62,019 bases of DNA, filler included, from Sluysia triapertura (GCA_046118255.1; 4 parts of 4 records of this genome joined end to end with filler, not necessarily neighbours in it); one strand, 5' to 3'. Counted from the first letter of the whole stretch, positions 12,382 through 27,834 are shown. Notes: generated by a model not told the origin, from the sequence alone. Program-made: numbers and translations.

Positions 12382-13797
12382 TCAATAATATCAAATTTAC
12401 TTTGAAGACAAATATATATATTTATAAATATTAAAATATATAGATTTAAACTGAAATTTACTTTAGAACTTTATCAAAACACTTATTACAATAAAATATA
12501 TAAAACGAACAATGCTTAACTAAATTTAATTTTATAATTTAATCTTTGGATTCGTAATTTTTTATAAATAATTTAATACGATATAATTTGAAATCATATA
12601 TATATTTATTAAAACGACTTTTTACGAAATCGTTAATTTATTATATACAATGTTACATATATTTAAAATACATATATTTAATTTTACATAGATTTATTTA
12701 TGATTTTAAAAGTTTTTTTATGTATGTTAAGGAAAAGTTTTGGTATTATATTGATACATAAACAAATTAGGGTGAATTTTTAAAAACATGTTCCACCTTT
12801 AAAAACATAAATATGTTTTTGTTGGCATTTGCTAGTAAATTTTTGGACTGATCACAAAACTAACCTAGAAACTATTTAACAATTTAATTTTGTTAAGATA
12901 TGGCAAAAGTAAATGAATGAAATAGTAATTTATAAAGATAATAAATGTCAAGTCATAAACTAATAATAATAAACATCACATGTGGATGTAATTAATATTT
13001 ATTTACGAAAAAACGAGTATAATACATTTTTATATTAAAGATAACTGTATGTACGAAATTAATTATAAATGAATTTATTTTTAGTGGTATAAAACAAATG
13101 TAAGATCGCTCAGGAAGTAGTCATTAACATTAAACCTTTACAAAAGAAGATATTCGCTGAAGAGACGATTCGCCATATATTTTAATTCTTGGATTTATTT
13201 TGTGAGGAAGATTTAAAATGAGATTAAAAATCTATCAAATTTTTACAACTGCTTTAAGACTAATTTTAAAATACTACTGAAATCATTTGTTACATTAGAT
13301 TAATTGAGATTAAAGCCTAATATTAACTATCAAGGGTTGTTTTTGAGCGATCACATATTGTAAATTGTTAACAATTCATATGGTGTGATTTTGGAAATAC
13401 ATATTGGTCTATTTATTTATTGATTTTGATTTATAAGGCAATAAACAGTTATGAAAAGATAAATAGATAAATTCAAGGATAAAAAAGTCTTACTCTAAGA
13501 CAAATATAATTGTTTATAATAACAAAAATTGCAAAAGGAATTTTAACCGTCAGAGTTTAATTAGTAGCACATATAAGAAGAGAGTAAGTCGTTACTGATA
13601 ATAAATTATTATTTAAGCTAGCTGTTAAGTAATTTCAAAGTTTATTTATTTTCCTTTTAAAGAAACATTTAAGATAAATCCCACAGGTATGTGGCTTGTA
13701 GGAATATAAACCGTGCTAGAGGAGAATCCGTGTGTATCATAAATATTGTAGGTAAAGATAATAAAGTAAATAGTATAAATAATGCATAAGATAATAA

Positions 13798-13952
13798 TGT
13801 TAGACTTCATGAAATCATGAGAGGTGATCGAACCCGGGACCTCTCGTGCGCAGTTCGAATGCTTTACCACTGAGCTATCAGTCCCGTCTAACGATTTTAT
13901 TTTATTATAGTCAATTTTACCAAATGGCATTTTAGGCATTTTTAACCTAACA
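13798..13952 (-). mobile_element. Solo tRNA-containing LTR
   Basis: TGTTAGAC...CCTAACA with the tRNA-like core. Flanks are ataa/gtaa (3/4 match). Confidence 0.85.
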
Positions 13953-14749
13953 GTAATTTATAAGGATAACAAATAATAGAATTCAAAATTTTTAAGGTAA
14001 TTTTAATGAAAAAATAATAAAATGTAACAAAAGCACAAAACATACATTAATAATCTGGTACGGTTGTTAAGGTGCCATAAAGCATGACATAGTACATAAA
14101 AGACGAATGAACGAGTTAAATAAAAGAGTAAAAAAGAACAAATTTTAAGAGATACAAAATATTTAAATTGAGATTCATTCGATTAATTCGAATAAATAAA
14201 TGTAAAGATTTTAAAAATAATAATAGCAATAATACTAATACTAACATTAGCAGTGTGAGAAAAGTGTGTAGAATAAAAGTTAAATTAAAATTGTGAGTTC
14301 ACCAAAGTACTGAACTTACCAGCTAGGGCCAGCCGTTGGATATGTGAAGTGAAAGTATTGGAGGTTAACAAAATTTAGAAAATCTTAAGGTTATGCCAAA
14401 TATTTAAAGAATCGGTCTATAAAATTGACTCAATAGTATCAGTTTATAAAATTTTACTCAATAGTTTTAAGTATGATTTTTCGATGATCCTTTGAAATAG
14501 GATCGGAATAATTAGTTTATGCCGTTAGAATTATACTCTAACAAATCTATTTAAATGGTGATTTTATAGTTTAGACTATAGAAGTTATTATAATTCGAAA
14601 AACAATGAATTTAACTCGAAGGTTTATTATTTAAAATAAAATTTTACGTATATAAAAAGAAATTATATAATAATAAAATATACAGTGTTACGACAGAATT
14701 AATCAATTCTTCACTTTCAAAATAATTTTAAATATGATTTTTCGATGAA

Positions 14750-14849
14750 NNNNNNNNNNNNNNNNNNNNNNNNNNNNNNNNNNNNNNNNNNNNTTAATTA
14801 ATTAANNNNNNNNNNNNNNNNNNNNNNNNNNNNNNNNNNNNNNNNNNNN
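14750..14849. other. Artificial contig linker (N44-TTAATTAATTAA-N44)
   Basis: Identical 100-nt structure occurs three times; the core has stops in all six frames. Confidence 0.95.
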
Positions 14850-14924
<75 letters not shown>

Positions 14925-15183
14925 CCTGACATTTTTTAACTCGTACACTTATTATTTAATGTTTCAACTATTACTACAGTAATAATAATAAAAATTATTA
15001 AAATTATTATTGTTTTAAAAAAATCAGTTAACAATAAAATATTAATTAAATTAAAAGATTAGTAATGAAATCTTTTTATAGTTTCTATTGCATATAGAAA
15101 TTGATATCTTGATTTAATCTTGAACATTTTTTATCACATTCTGAAAATAAAGTTCTCAAAAAATAATATTTTTGTAATTTTAG

Positions 15184-16293
15184 AATAATTTTCAATGATA
15201 TAAATGTTGTTCAGGAACTAGAAAATTCAGATGCTATGCCAGCCTTAACTCTTGATTATTACACTTCAATCACGCTAGAAAATGGTGCTACTGGTACTGC
15301 ATCGAGTGCTCGACTCGTTTATGACGATATCGATCATCAAACAGTTCCAACTTCGAACAAATCTCCAAATTTAACTGCACATTCGCCACAATCTAATGAT
15401 ATTGAAGTTAGCAATTTGGTTCCTCGTTTTTAAAAGCATATTATAAAAACATGTTTTGAGTATCTAATTATTTTTATATTGAAATTTAATCTTTGCGAAA
15501 TTTAAACTCTAAGTTATTTCTTATTTTCCGAAAGTTAATAATTTCTATCACAAATTCTTAAATATAGACAAACCTACTTCAAAATAAAAATTTTTCGATT
15601 ACGAAATATTATGTTTCTGTGTAAAATATTGGAATCTTTGTAAAGGAATTCTATCTTTGCACGTTAGTAACAATATTCTTGTAGACGAATTCAATGTCTA
15701 TCAAAAACAAATATTGTATAAATAAAAGACTTATTTAGAATTTTGTCATTAAATTCAAATTAATGAATTTCATAATTGTTACAATGAATAATATCAGCAC
15801 ATTTGTCATAATTTTTAATACTGCCTTTATAAAAAAATGTTGTATTGCATAAAATAAAATTTTAATTAGGAACCATCAGATAATAACCAAAGTTGTTCCA
15901 CATATTCGAATTATTGTTCTTTGGCAGATAACTCAGATTCGGAACCTCAACAATTTGACAGTCTATCTCATTCCCCATCTATTAATTCTTCTCAGCAGCA
16001 GCAACAACAACCTTTTCTTAGTTCCTTGAAATCTGGCACTCTTTGGGGTACTGTGATAAAAGAATTTAATAAACTCGGAAGTGATGCTTATTCGGTAACA
16101 CTGGGTCAGAAAGTGTTTATTTTGGACACTAAATCAAAACCTGGTTGGATAAAAGCAGAATTAACGACAGTAAATATTCAATATAATTTTTTAAAATTTA
16201 ATTATCTAGTCATCTCAAGGTTCTTCGAAAGTTGTATGGATTCCCAGCGATTGCATTAGTATTACAAATGAATTGAATGGTTTGATTAACAAT

Positions 16294-16359
<66 letters not shown>

Positions 16360-19269
16360 GTAAATGCTTAATATTGCTTAATAAATATTCCTTATATTTG
16401 TACATATTGTTGAAATATAGTCCTAAAATACTAATTAATTGGTCGAAGTCTCGGAATGTTCAACGAAAGGTCTTGTGTTCGAATTCCGGTAAGTCTATGT
16501 TATGAATCCTAACAAGACCCGTGTTTTTCCAATTTCTATAATTTTAAGCTGAAGTATTCTTTTATGAACAGTTAAAAACTTGTTTTTTTATTGATTTTTA
16601 AAAAAGCGAGAGCATGAATACTTAAGTGATTGGTTGATTTCTTGTTTGAAAAAAGGATTATCTCTGGAACATATACAAATAAAGTATGACGTATCTTCTA
16701 AAGATATAGTTTCATAAAAACTAAGATATATTTTTATGAAGTATAATGTACAATTTTTAAATTCAGAAGATCGGTACTTTGATTATATTCAAGTTAAAAT
16801 AATCATTCATACTTCAAAAAATACATAAACAAACATAAATCAACGAATAATATTCGAAATTTTTCTGTTTAAATTAATTAGTTTTATTTTTAGCAATGTT
16901 TTAAAAGTTTTATAATCTATGAACTTTAATCAAATTTGAAAATTGTATTTTAAGAATTTATTAACAAAATATTTGATCAGTGTAATTTAGCATAAAATGT
17001 TAATATTTTGAAATTGTGATTATAATTATTAATACATAATAACTGTACGCAAAATGTTATAATGCTTGTTTCAATAAATTATTATTATTATTATTATATT
17101 TATGTATTTAGAGACAAAGAATTAACAGAATAATTTTAAAATACATTATTTAAAAATCGATAATAACAATTTTGTGCATGAATTCGTTTCATATTAATTT
17201 TACTATTTATAGTACGCATAATATTATTAATAAACAGCTATTTAATAAATATTCGAATTAATAAATATTCGAAGTTTATAATATAATATAATATAATATA
17301 AACTTCCTTGGATTGTCTTTTTAATGTTATTCATATTTACAAATAATATTCATAATGTGGTTAAATAAAAGTTTTATATTTATGCTTATGTTTTGCTTAA
17401 ATATTTTCACATCATTAATGTGACTTTAACGATTTTAAACGGATTTTGTGTATTTTAATATATATATTATGTGTGACTATAGGCGAAAATTATGCCACAT
17501 TATCTGAGAAATTACTCGTCTAAAAATCGTATTCATATAACATTAATTTTTTAAAATAATGTTAACAAGTAAATAATTGTTTACTAAAGTTTTTGTAATT
17601 TTTTAAACTTAGGGTTTTTGTCGTGTGTATAATCATATAAATTTTCTTTTAATTAACTACACAAATCCATAAAAACACATGGTAGTTACTACTAGTTCTA
17701 ATGAATAATGAAGACCTATACCAAATAAGTAATTGGTTCGCTGAATTATGTTCATGATAATCTAATTAATTATTAGAAAAAATATAAAAATTTAGTTTTC
17801 ATTCAGGTCTATGTATCGTACTGAGTTATAAGTTGTACGTATTAAATTTTAATATTTTTAATTTGTTCAGTTTTTAATATTCCGTGTATGATTGGCTTCT
17901 GAAAAATAACAGCTTGTGCAACGAATTTAACGACAATTATATACCACTTTTAAATTATTTATATACAAAACATAACTTCAGTGTACTGTATTTGATTAAT
18001 ATTCGGTGATGGTCTACATTCTTTACGTTAAAAAGTCGACAGTATACTTCAATTTGTCATTTTTTTTCTTTGAAAATTGGAAAGAATTTATGTTTTAGCC
18101 TAATATTTTTTCTTAAATGTAAAAACATGATAAAATATGTTTGAGAAAAGTTTAATTTGTTAGATTTTGTAAATTACATATTTCTTAATTTTTTGAAATT
18201 AACAATTTATAGTTAATCGATACATTCTCTTTAATGTTGCAGCTTTAATATGTCATTTATTTTTAAAATGTTTCAGAAAATGTGCGAACACTGTTTAAGT
18301 AAATTTTTATAATTTTAAATATTTTCATCATTTATTATTAATAATTAAGAACATCTGTCATTGATTTTAGTTTTCATTTTGAAATATATTTTTGCTAATT
18401 CTTAATTTTATGATTGAGTCATTGTTACTTGCCAATTATCATTTTAAAATCATGTGTATAATTGTTCCATTAGTGTTTCATTAATTACATGTGATTAATT
18501 TACATGCGATAATATTTCTATTTTTATTTCGATTGCTTGAAATATGTTACATAAAGTATTTCTGCATTTCAGACATAGAGGATACTGATCAAATGACAGC
18601 AAGTGGATATGACCAATGCAGTTATGATCCAGTTGCTACAGCGACAAATAATCAACGTTCATCATTAGCTACTGCTAACAGTTGTTCATCTGGTGTTGCT
18701 TTTCGACGCCATGATTCTTCCGGCTTGGCTTCCAAAACCACGGAATCAAGTGATGACAGTATTAAACTAGGTGCCTTCCTAGTTGCTCTGTACCCATACG
18801 ATGCACAAAACCCGGATGAATTATCGTTCAGTAAAGGCCAGTTGATTCGACTCTTAAGTAAAGATGAACCGGATTGGTGGAAGGGATGCAACCAATCAAT
18901 TGGTGGTAGCTGTGGATTGTTTCCAGTTAATTATGTACGCAGATTAGATTGTCGTGGAAATTCTACCGATGCTAATTTACTAGAATCGATAACTGGGAGT
19001 CGAAATGAGGATGAATGTATTGATTTCGTATCAACCAAGGCCAATCAATATCCATCCGAATATTCAACTGTTACAGGGCGGCCTATTTCATGTAAAATAT
19101 TTTTTGAGTTTTTATTGTTTATACATAAGCAAAGTATTTTTTAAAATTATGTATAATTTTTTTTATTTCTAACTTTATTTCTTACTTTATTTCTAATTTG
19201 GTTATTGTTAATCAAACATCAGAAATGTTAATTTAATTATTTCATTTAATTTGTACTTGAAAATTGTTT

Positions 19270-19314
<45 letters not shown>

Positions 19315-22300
19315 GTTTTATAAACTTTACAAAATTATAATAATTATTTCATAGCATTAAGTCAAGTTACAATGATATCGAATAATTTAAAACTATATTA
19401 TTATATCTCGAATTCTTTTAACTTTTTTATGTTCGTTAGAGAAATTGTAAGTGAATATTTGCTCAAAAAAGTTTTGTAAGATCATATTTATTCAAAACTT
19501 ATAGTGTTTTTGTAACTACAATTATAATAAGTGACATACTTCAAAAGAATTTATAATGGTTCTTAAAAGATTTTAAATTAATTTTAACTTCTTAGTAATT
19601 GCCAAAATTTTCAATAATAAAATTCCAAGTACTAATTAATTACAATTCCAAATTAATATTATCCAATATCCAATTTGATTATTATTCATAATGAAGTATG
19701 ATCGATGATTATTCAAATTCTGTGATATAGCATCTTTATAATAAAATTTCCCACCGTATCATAGCTATTCAGCTAATTTATACTTCACTTATTTAGTCTT
19801 ATGCTGTGGTTGTATAGTCATTTAATCGCAATTCATGATATATTTTTGGCAATATATTTTTATTTCATATCCGTCTTATTAGCTAGTATTTATCTGAAAT
19901 TGTTAGTGTTCATTTATAGGATGATGTCTTTGTACTCTAATTAAATATGATTCATTCTTAGCTACTTTATCTACGTTTGATTTTCATTTCTTTTATCTTG
20001 TTGAGATGTGTCTATGTTTATGGACGTTTTTTTCGTTCACATACTTTTAGTAAATTTTTAAGTAAATACATTTTTTGATTTATTTTACAAATATTTAAGT
20101 TAAATAGAGATTTTTAAATTTATTGTATTCTAAAATGAAAGATGATATGTAGCGTAATAAAATGTTTAATAAAATATAATATTTAAACATATTCATTTTT
20201 AATAAAATATTGGTTAAAAATTATTAAGATTATAATGCTTTAGTATCAATTAAAAATGAGATTACATGTAGTTAATATAAATTCAAAATTTAATAACAAA
20301 TAACAATTAAATTTAAACTGAAAATGTATAAATAGTCATTTTAAAGTAAGATTCTACAAAGACAATATGAAATTAAAATATATATATAAACATCAAATCA
20401 TCTTAAACTAAGAATCAATAACAGTAATATGAAATCAAATTTTAAGAACATAAAATCCGATCAAAATTATCTTAAAAACACGACTTAGAAGGTAAACTAT
20501 ATGTAATCAATATTTAAAAGCACTATAATCGAATAAAATCATACTAAATTGAGATTGAATAAGAAACATTATAGTATTAGTACAATTAATAATGTTTGTA
20601 ATAGAGCTCGTACGATTAAATTAAATCAATTAAATAAGTAAAGATAATTGTAGAAGACAGATAGAAATTTAAATTGAGAATTTTCAGACTATCGAAACGA
20701 GTATTCGAATTCACGTTTTTATATAATGTAAACATAATAAAACGTAATAGTAATATTTAAAGATCAAACTTATAGAAAAGACTTATATTGACAAATAATT
20801 ATGTCTCCAGTCAAATCTAATACAAAGGGATAATGTTAATAGAGAAGATTAGAATATTATTAAAGAGTAAGAACCCATAAAGAAAGAACGGGAGTTCATT
20901 ATAAGTACGTACAAAATTTATCAAATATAAAGCAGCATTCAGATTCATTTAGAATTTACGAAAGTTTAATAAATTAATTAAAGAGACAAAAGCATAACAC
21001 AATTTTTGAAGAATTAAAAAGTTTCACTAGTTTTTACCAGAAGCATTTTAATAAACAAAGATAATTTTTACAGTATTATGAGAAGTTATTGTATGTATGA
21101 CGAGTCTCCACATATATTAAGCAAATTCTAAATCAACTAATTCATTATTTACATCAATTAATACAATATTCCGCTAGTTAAATAAATAATAATAGTTATA
21201 TTATTGGACTAGTACTTTCTTGTTTATTGTCTCTGAATTTCATTAAGTTTTTATAATTGATACTATTAATTTTATAATTTTATTAATTCCAAAGTTATTT
21301 TTTCTCTAAAATTTAACTTATTAAATTTGATTGTACGAATTATTGCGTTATGGCTAATTTCGTTGTGGTTTCTATTACTTCTTAAATAAATTAATAAATT
21401 AAACAAATTAATTTACACGAGGTTTCATTTTTAGTAATGTACGTTATATATTTTAATAAGACACTCAATTTCGAGCAGTATTTTTGGGTTTTTCTAATTT
21501 TATGGTGAAAGGATTCCATAAATATATAAAATATAGTTCAGTGATGTTTAGCATAAATGGAAAAACGCATATAAATAACGATTAAAGACCATACGTACTT
21601 ACAATATATTTGAGCGTTAAAATGTTGATATCTGAAGAAAAGTGTTGACAATAATGATATTCACTGAATATCTTAAATATTCTCCATTTTAATATTTATT
21701 TCTTCAAATAAATCTAACCAAATATATTAATATGACTTTTTGATTCTGACTGATAGTTTGAAAAAGGTCAGAAGGCCAGTAACATCATTCTTTTGATATT
21801 TCACGCATGTCTAAACATTTAAATCAAATTACAAACGTTGAGAAACTTCATAAATGGATTCCTGAATAATTAAGTGAAAATCAGAAAAGGAATTGTATAA
21901 AAATCTTATGTTTTTTGATTCTACGAAAACAATCATCTTTACATTGTTCGGTAACATATTACAAAATTTGACAATGTGGACAATTATTGATGATGGAAAG
22001 ATATTTATAGTTTGACCGCTTATGAAAGTGTTATTTGAGATAATTTGGAAATGGAAATACAGATACTTATGAAGTATAGATAGAAATAATGCACTATTAA
22101 TGGAGGCAATTATAAGCCACATTTCAAAAATATTAAAATAAAAATTTACATTAATCGGTATAATCTAGAATAATTCATCTTATTTCAGTCCAATAGATTA
22201 TCATTTATTTGAATGTTAGGTAATAGTTAGCAAGCTGTCCACGAATTATCAATCTATTGAAATGAAATTTGGATTTATTAATTCAAACGCGAATCTTGTT

Positions 22301-23078
22301 TTCCAAAACGAAATGAAAAAAATTACAACATTATGGAAATCCGTAAAAGTAAATGAACGTTATTTTGATTAGCATTACATATTAAAAATTTTTATAGCAT
22401 TTTAATTTGTTTTAATGACAATTGAACATTTCATTATTTATGTATGTATACTTCAAAATAATAGATTTCTTCAAATAAAGTGACGAAAATGTCATGTTTA
22501 TTGACTTATATTTAATTTATTATTTTTAATAGTTATATGACAATTTTGACTTAATATGTTCATTATATGTGCTACGTTCATTAAGTATTAATTCTACTAA
22601 TGAAATATAAAGCAAAGAAATTATTGATATTTTGTGAAACGTTATGCAATTCCATAGGTTTTTGCATATATATATCACATAAAAGATCATGTGCAACTAA
22701 ACGTCTTACTTTAATTTAACCGGCTCTGTTGTGTCTTTATCAACCTAATAGAACTCTGACATGATGGTTGGGCCTTGATTGACTTGTACATTAATTTATT
22801 TGAACAGCATCAATGAATTGGTTGTATTCATCAGTACCCATATTTACTTAGTTTCTTTCTTTTTAATTTTAATTATTGAAACAATCACATTTTTTGCATT
22901 TTTAACTATTTTCGTGGTTTACTGCAATTTATGGTGGGTTATACATACTTAAAATTTTAATTACGAAAATGCTACGTTGCGTAATTTAAAATTTCCTATA
23001 TTTTTATGTAAATACATTTTATATGAGTTAACTTACTGAAGTTAGTCAATAACTTATTTATTATTTATTATTATTACG

Positions 23079-23134
<56 letters not shown>

Positions 23135-25774
23135 GATTCAGAAGCAGTTTTGATCGCTATTTGTCTTAAATTTGATTCGTGATTACTTATATTAATTAAA
23201 CATTCAGTTGGTTTTTGTTTTGGAGAAAACTACAAGACTCCAAACTATTACCAACTAGTACTTTTTTCAATTGATTAGATTGATGATCGAAATCTGAATT
23301 AGTATTTATTTCAGTATATTTTATAGGTGCACATATTTGATTAGAACTTGATATAACTAAATTATCTATGTTCGGTTCCATCATTCGAAGACGCTTAGTG
23401 CATTCTGATGTTAGTGAATCACTATAAGAAACATTTGTTCTTGATGAACCATGTTGACATTTTCATTAACATTTCTTTCTTCGTTAGTTTTATCTTGATT
23501 TTTATTTCACATATAAATAAATCGTGATCATCACTAACACTAATTATATTGTCATTAATTGACATAATTACATCATTGATGACTTTATTTGAATCGGTTT
23601 TGGTAGTTTCGTTTTCTAATTTCTTACTTTGTGATATCAACAGTTTATTATTTGTTTCATTTGAAGAATTATTATTTACACCTTGAAGTGGTTCAATATT
23701 TTCAAAACTTCATTCATCAATAAACTATAAACTCCATTCTTCATTTGCATAGGATGTTATTACATTTTCATCTATTTAATCATTTGATTCATTAAGATTA
23801 GTTTCATGTAAATTTGATGAATCTGGCTTACCGGAATCGTGATGTTTAATATTTACACTATCATTATCTGCATTATTATTATTATTATTATTTGCAGAAT
23901 AACTTTTTGTTAATTCAACAAATTTCTTAAATTCTGATTCAGAAATGTTGCATTTTCAGAAGCATTTTAATAAAATATTATGAACATTGGTTCTGAGGAC
24001 TTGATGGACGTAAACCTATAGATTTTAATTCAACTAACTCTATGAAAATGTAGCAAAAACATAATTTAAAACAAACAAAAAACCTCAAATGTAAAGTAGT
24101 TGAATATATAAGGATATCAAAAATTTCAACAACTCAATTCATAAACAACTTTAATAATAATTGGAGTGATGAGGTATTTCAAATTCATGAAATTTGTCCA
24201 AGATAAGATTGTTTAATATACGTATTAGAAGATGACTATGATGAGACTGTAGAAGTTTTACCTAAAAATACCCTATAATTTATCGCGTTGAATCAATTTT
24301 AGAAACTAAAGGTAAAGGAATAAACAAAAAGATACTTGTTAAATAGGTTAGATATAAGAAACCCGAATGGATACTTGAATTTCAATCAGCGGTATAAATG
24401 TCAATGTATTTTATTTATTATCATCGAATGAGTACAGAAAGTTTTCCCAGTCGTTCAACCAAACAATAACGGTAGCGTGTTCGTGGTGGATTATAAAATC
24501 CAATAGATATGACAACATGGAAACTGTACTGGTCGAATTTAATAATAAATTTTACAAAATTTCAATTAGGCAGAAAACGGATTACTATGGAGCATAAAAT
24601 TTAATGTGGCCAAAATTTACCTTTACCGTTAACATTAATTTATTATTAGATGAAAGACAAACTTATTAATAAATCATGTATTGTAGAAAAAATAGAAAAA
24701 TTCAATACTTCAATATTTAATCGAAAATTCAAATAATAACATATTATCAGGTAAATAATATTTAATAATGTGGTTTTTAACACGTTTGTTACCAGCGATG
24801 TTTAGTTCTTGCTTTCGATAAGGTGTTGCACTGTTTTTTCGCAGTTAAAACATCCAATGCCATTTAAAGTCATTTCATAAGAAAAAATGTCCATGGGGTG
24901 TGGTACAAGGTTTTCTTCTCCAGTTCCGGTAGCGATCATGTTAAAGTTTTTACAAAATGTTTTCTCCATTGGATCAACTAAACCAATTCCTATTCAAGTG
25001 AGTTGACGATCATTTGTCTAGTTGTCTACAACATGAGCTGAATTCTTTTTCTTTGTTACTTATTTGACAATAAATACTAATTATATTTTATAAATCATAT
25101 GTGTATTATTATATTCAGGGTACATCGATGGTCAAGTAACCTTTAACGCACTTTTAACAGAAGATGAGAAACGACGCCAATTTTATATAATAGAACTTAT
25201 CGAAACAGAAAAAGCTTACTACGACGATTTGCAAGAGGTACACAGGGTATTTTATGAACCAATTAAAAAGTCGAATTTATTAAATTCGGAAGATCTCCGT
25301 CACATTTTTCTCAATTGGACCGATCTTATTGCCAAATCTTACAATTTTTACATGTATAGTTATTAGTTTAATATGTACTATTGATTAATAATAATAATAA
25401 TAATAAATCTGTTGATATTTAATTTTATTTTTAGGGCTCTTAAAATACGTCAAGATAAGGCGGGTTTTAAACAACCAATACAATGCATTGGAGATATATT
25501 GTTAAGTAATGTTAGTGTTGCATTGCTATTTTTTGTTTTTGATTATTAAGAATATATATATTTATAGTTTCCTAACTTTATCGTCTACGTAAGATTCTGT
25601 AGCATGCAAAATCATGCAATATTACGACTAGAAAAGCGAAAGCAACAAAATGTAGCCTTTAAAGAATTATGTGACCAATGCGAAATAAATTTACGGTGCC
25701 AGAAAATGCCAATGTCTTCATATTTTTTGAAACCTATGCAAAGGATTACTAAATACAAGTTGTTGGTTGAAAAT
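15184..25774 (+). CDS. ITSN: Intersectin long form, partial (SH3D, SH3E, DH/RhoGEF). Exons ~15184-15406, 15870-16169, 16210-16279, 18573-19091, 25119-25353, 25435-25510, 25568-25774
   Basis: A divergent SH3 (WGTVIKEF...GWIKAEL|...WIPSDCI) is followed by a canonical SH3 ([34 protein letters not shown]). The DH domain follows: [27 protein letters not shown]..|ALKIRQ..IGDIL|..[25 protein letters not shown]. Phases are consistent. The first exon is less certain, and the 5' and 3' ends are not found in this contig. Confidence 0.9.
16408..16514 (+). mobile_element. Decayed, internally deleted tRNA-containing LTR
   Basis: It starts TGTTGAAATATAGTCCTAAAA, has a B-box-like gttcgaattccggtaagtc and ends CCTAACA. 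Confidence 0.6.
20680..20900 (+). mobile_element. Penelope-like reverse transcriptase remnant
   Basis: Degenerate TIET..F.YNVNII..KIKTYRK..YIDK pattern of the PLE RT C-terminus, with frameshifts. Confidence 0.45.
21805..22371 (+). mobile_element. mariner transposase remnant
   Basis: [24 protein letters not shown] (WVPHEL motif) and a terminal ..[13 protein letters not shown]. Confidence 0.8.
23960..24560 (+). mobile_element. Maverick/Polinton remnant: integrase C-terminus with chromodomain, then a minor-capsid-like start
   Basis: [10 protein letters not shown]...[12 protein letters not shown]...YVLED...[30 protein letters not shown], then a frameshifted L.SSNE...KNPIDM...ETVLVEF. Confidence 0.75.
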
Positions 25775-27834
25775 GTAAGTTGTGTTTTAAAATTTTTAAT
25801 AATATGAAACGTGAAAAGTATTGTCGATATTAATTTCTAGTTTGAGTTAAAATCACAATATTTATGGTATTTTTGCTATTTTCTTTTTTTCTACTTCTTG
25901 TTTTTGAAGAAAATTTTCATTTATTATGGCCAATTTTTTTCTTTTTTCATGATTATATTTGTTCAAATGATTATTAAGTAATTTTTTGCTTATCTTTATT
26001 GGTAAATTTATTCTTTAACACATTGAAAACGGAATTCGAATTTCAAGCAACATCATTGAAACACTGCAAATACGAGTAAATCAAACATTACAAATAAGAA
26101 TTGTTTTCAAAATTATCACTTTTAATTATATAATTTCAATAAAATGTGCTATATGCTTTTTATGACATACCATCTTCAATTTGTTAAAATGTCAAACGAT
26201 AAACTTTTTAATTACGTAGAAGACAATTTATTTTCAGTTCTATTCTAAGATTTGGTGTTTGCCAATTCTGAACAAGAATTGATAAATTTATCGACTTTTA
26301 GTTGATATTTGTGGATTCTTAACAGTGTAAATTTTTATTTTTTGATATTTAAGAAGTCTTTGGTAAAAAGCTAAAAGTACATAGCAAGAAAAGTATGTGA
26401 TATTTTAACTTTAAAAATCGATTTACCGTTTATAATATTAGTATAATCTATTGAAGTAATTATGAAGAATGTTATCAATTGTAAATTGAAATATAAAGAC
26501 ACTAAAATAATCAAGATGCATCAAAATTCATGTAGCAACAAGATTATGGTTAAATAACTGTTGTAAGTCTAAATGTATTATCTTCAAATAAAAATAAAAT
26601 TACTGTTTATTAATTAATAATATTAAAATAATGATATTTGCATTTTTAATATAATAATACTAGGGTGAGAAATAATAAACTAAAATTATGTTTTATATTA
26701 ATTTTTATTTATTTTATTTAATTTATCAAGAAATTTCGTGTTAACTATTTCGAACAGATTGCAAAATTTTGAAAAGACTTTCTTTTTCTAAATTTTTATA
26801 TGTGAATAACTAAAAGAAAAATTTAGTAAATGAAATATAAAACACCATCTGCATACTTCACACTTGTACTTTATAAATAAATCAATAAAAATAAAACAAA
26901 CACTTGAAATAGAAATTATTAAAAATAAGTAAAATAGTACTATAAAGTCAACAAGGTAAATTGTTCTAGTAAAATAACGAATCCTCACAACTCTGAAATT
27001 GAGATTAAGGGGTGATTAAATAATAATTTAACTTCAACTTGAAATTGCGAATAGTCTTAATGTTTTCAAAAACAATTTAGTCAAAAAAGAATTAACAAAA
27101 GAAATTAACTAATCTAAAATATTTAAGTAAGGAAATACTAGAAACGAATTATTCTTACTTAATATTTGCGATGAAACAAGATTCTCCATGGATTGATCAC
27201 ATCACTTTCAATCATGGTAGTTGCATTCAATTAAAAACTAAATCTGAAGTTATATATTTTTATTGACAACATTGAGTAAAGATTAACAGAATCTAAATGC
27301 ATAATAAATACAAGAATTATTAATTGTACGAATTATTTGTACGATTTAAGTATTTCATTTTTCAACAAGGTATCACACACAATTATACTTGTATAACTTG
27401 TTTAAATCTTAAAATTTAAATCTCTTAAATTGACCCAGTTTAGACTGTGCAAATAGATTATACAAATAAAAAGAGTCAATAATTCAAGATTGGGTTCGTC
27501 ACATTCAAAATCAAAGAAAGGATTTATATGAAGATATATGTAATATTGGCGTATGGATCAAATAATGGATGTATAAGAGAAAGAAATTGCAATAATATTT
27601 AATGATATTTTGTTTTTGGTAATTTTAGTTTAATTTATTTTTCCTAAAATATGAAATTATGTTTTTAGTATTCATAATTTAAAATGTTATTTTGAGAGTA
27701 ATTATTTTATTTTTTGACATATAAAATAAATAATTACATATGAACGTAAGAAGGAAATATGTTTGAATATGTTTCTTGAAATATCTATTGCATATTTATC
27801 AATTATATAATTGTCAATTTTATATATATATATA

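Noticed and set aside
13646-13939. Short ORF-track entries such as 13646-13939, 45289-45555, 6151-6336, 58569-58763 and 30161-30460
   Set aside because: They are chance frames through repeats, microsatellites or N runs.
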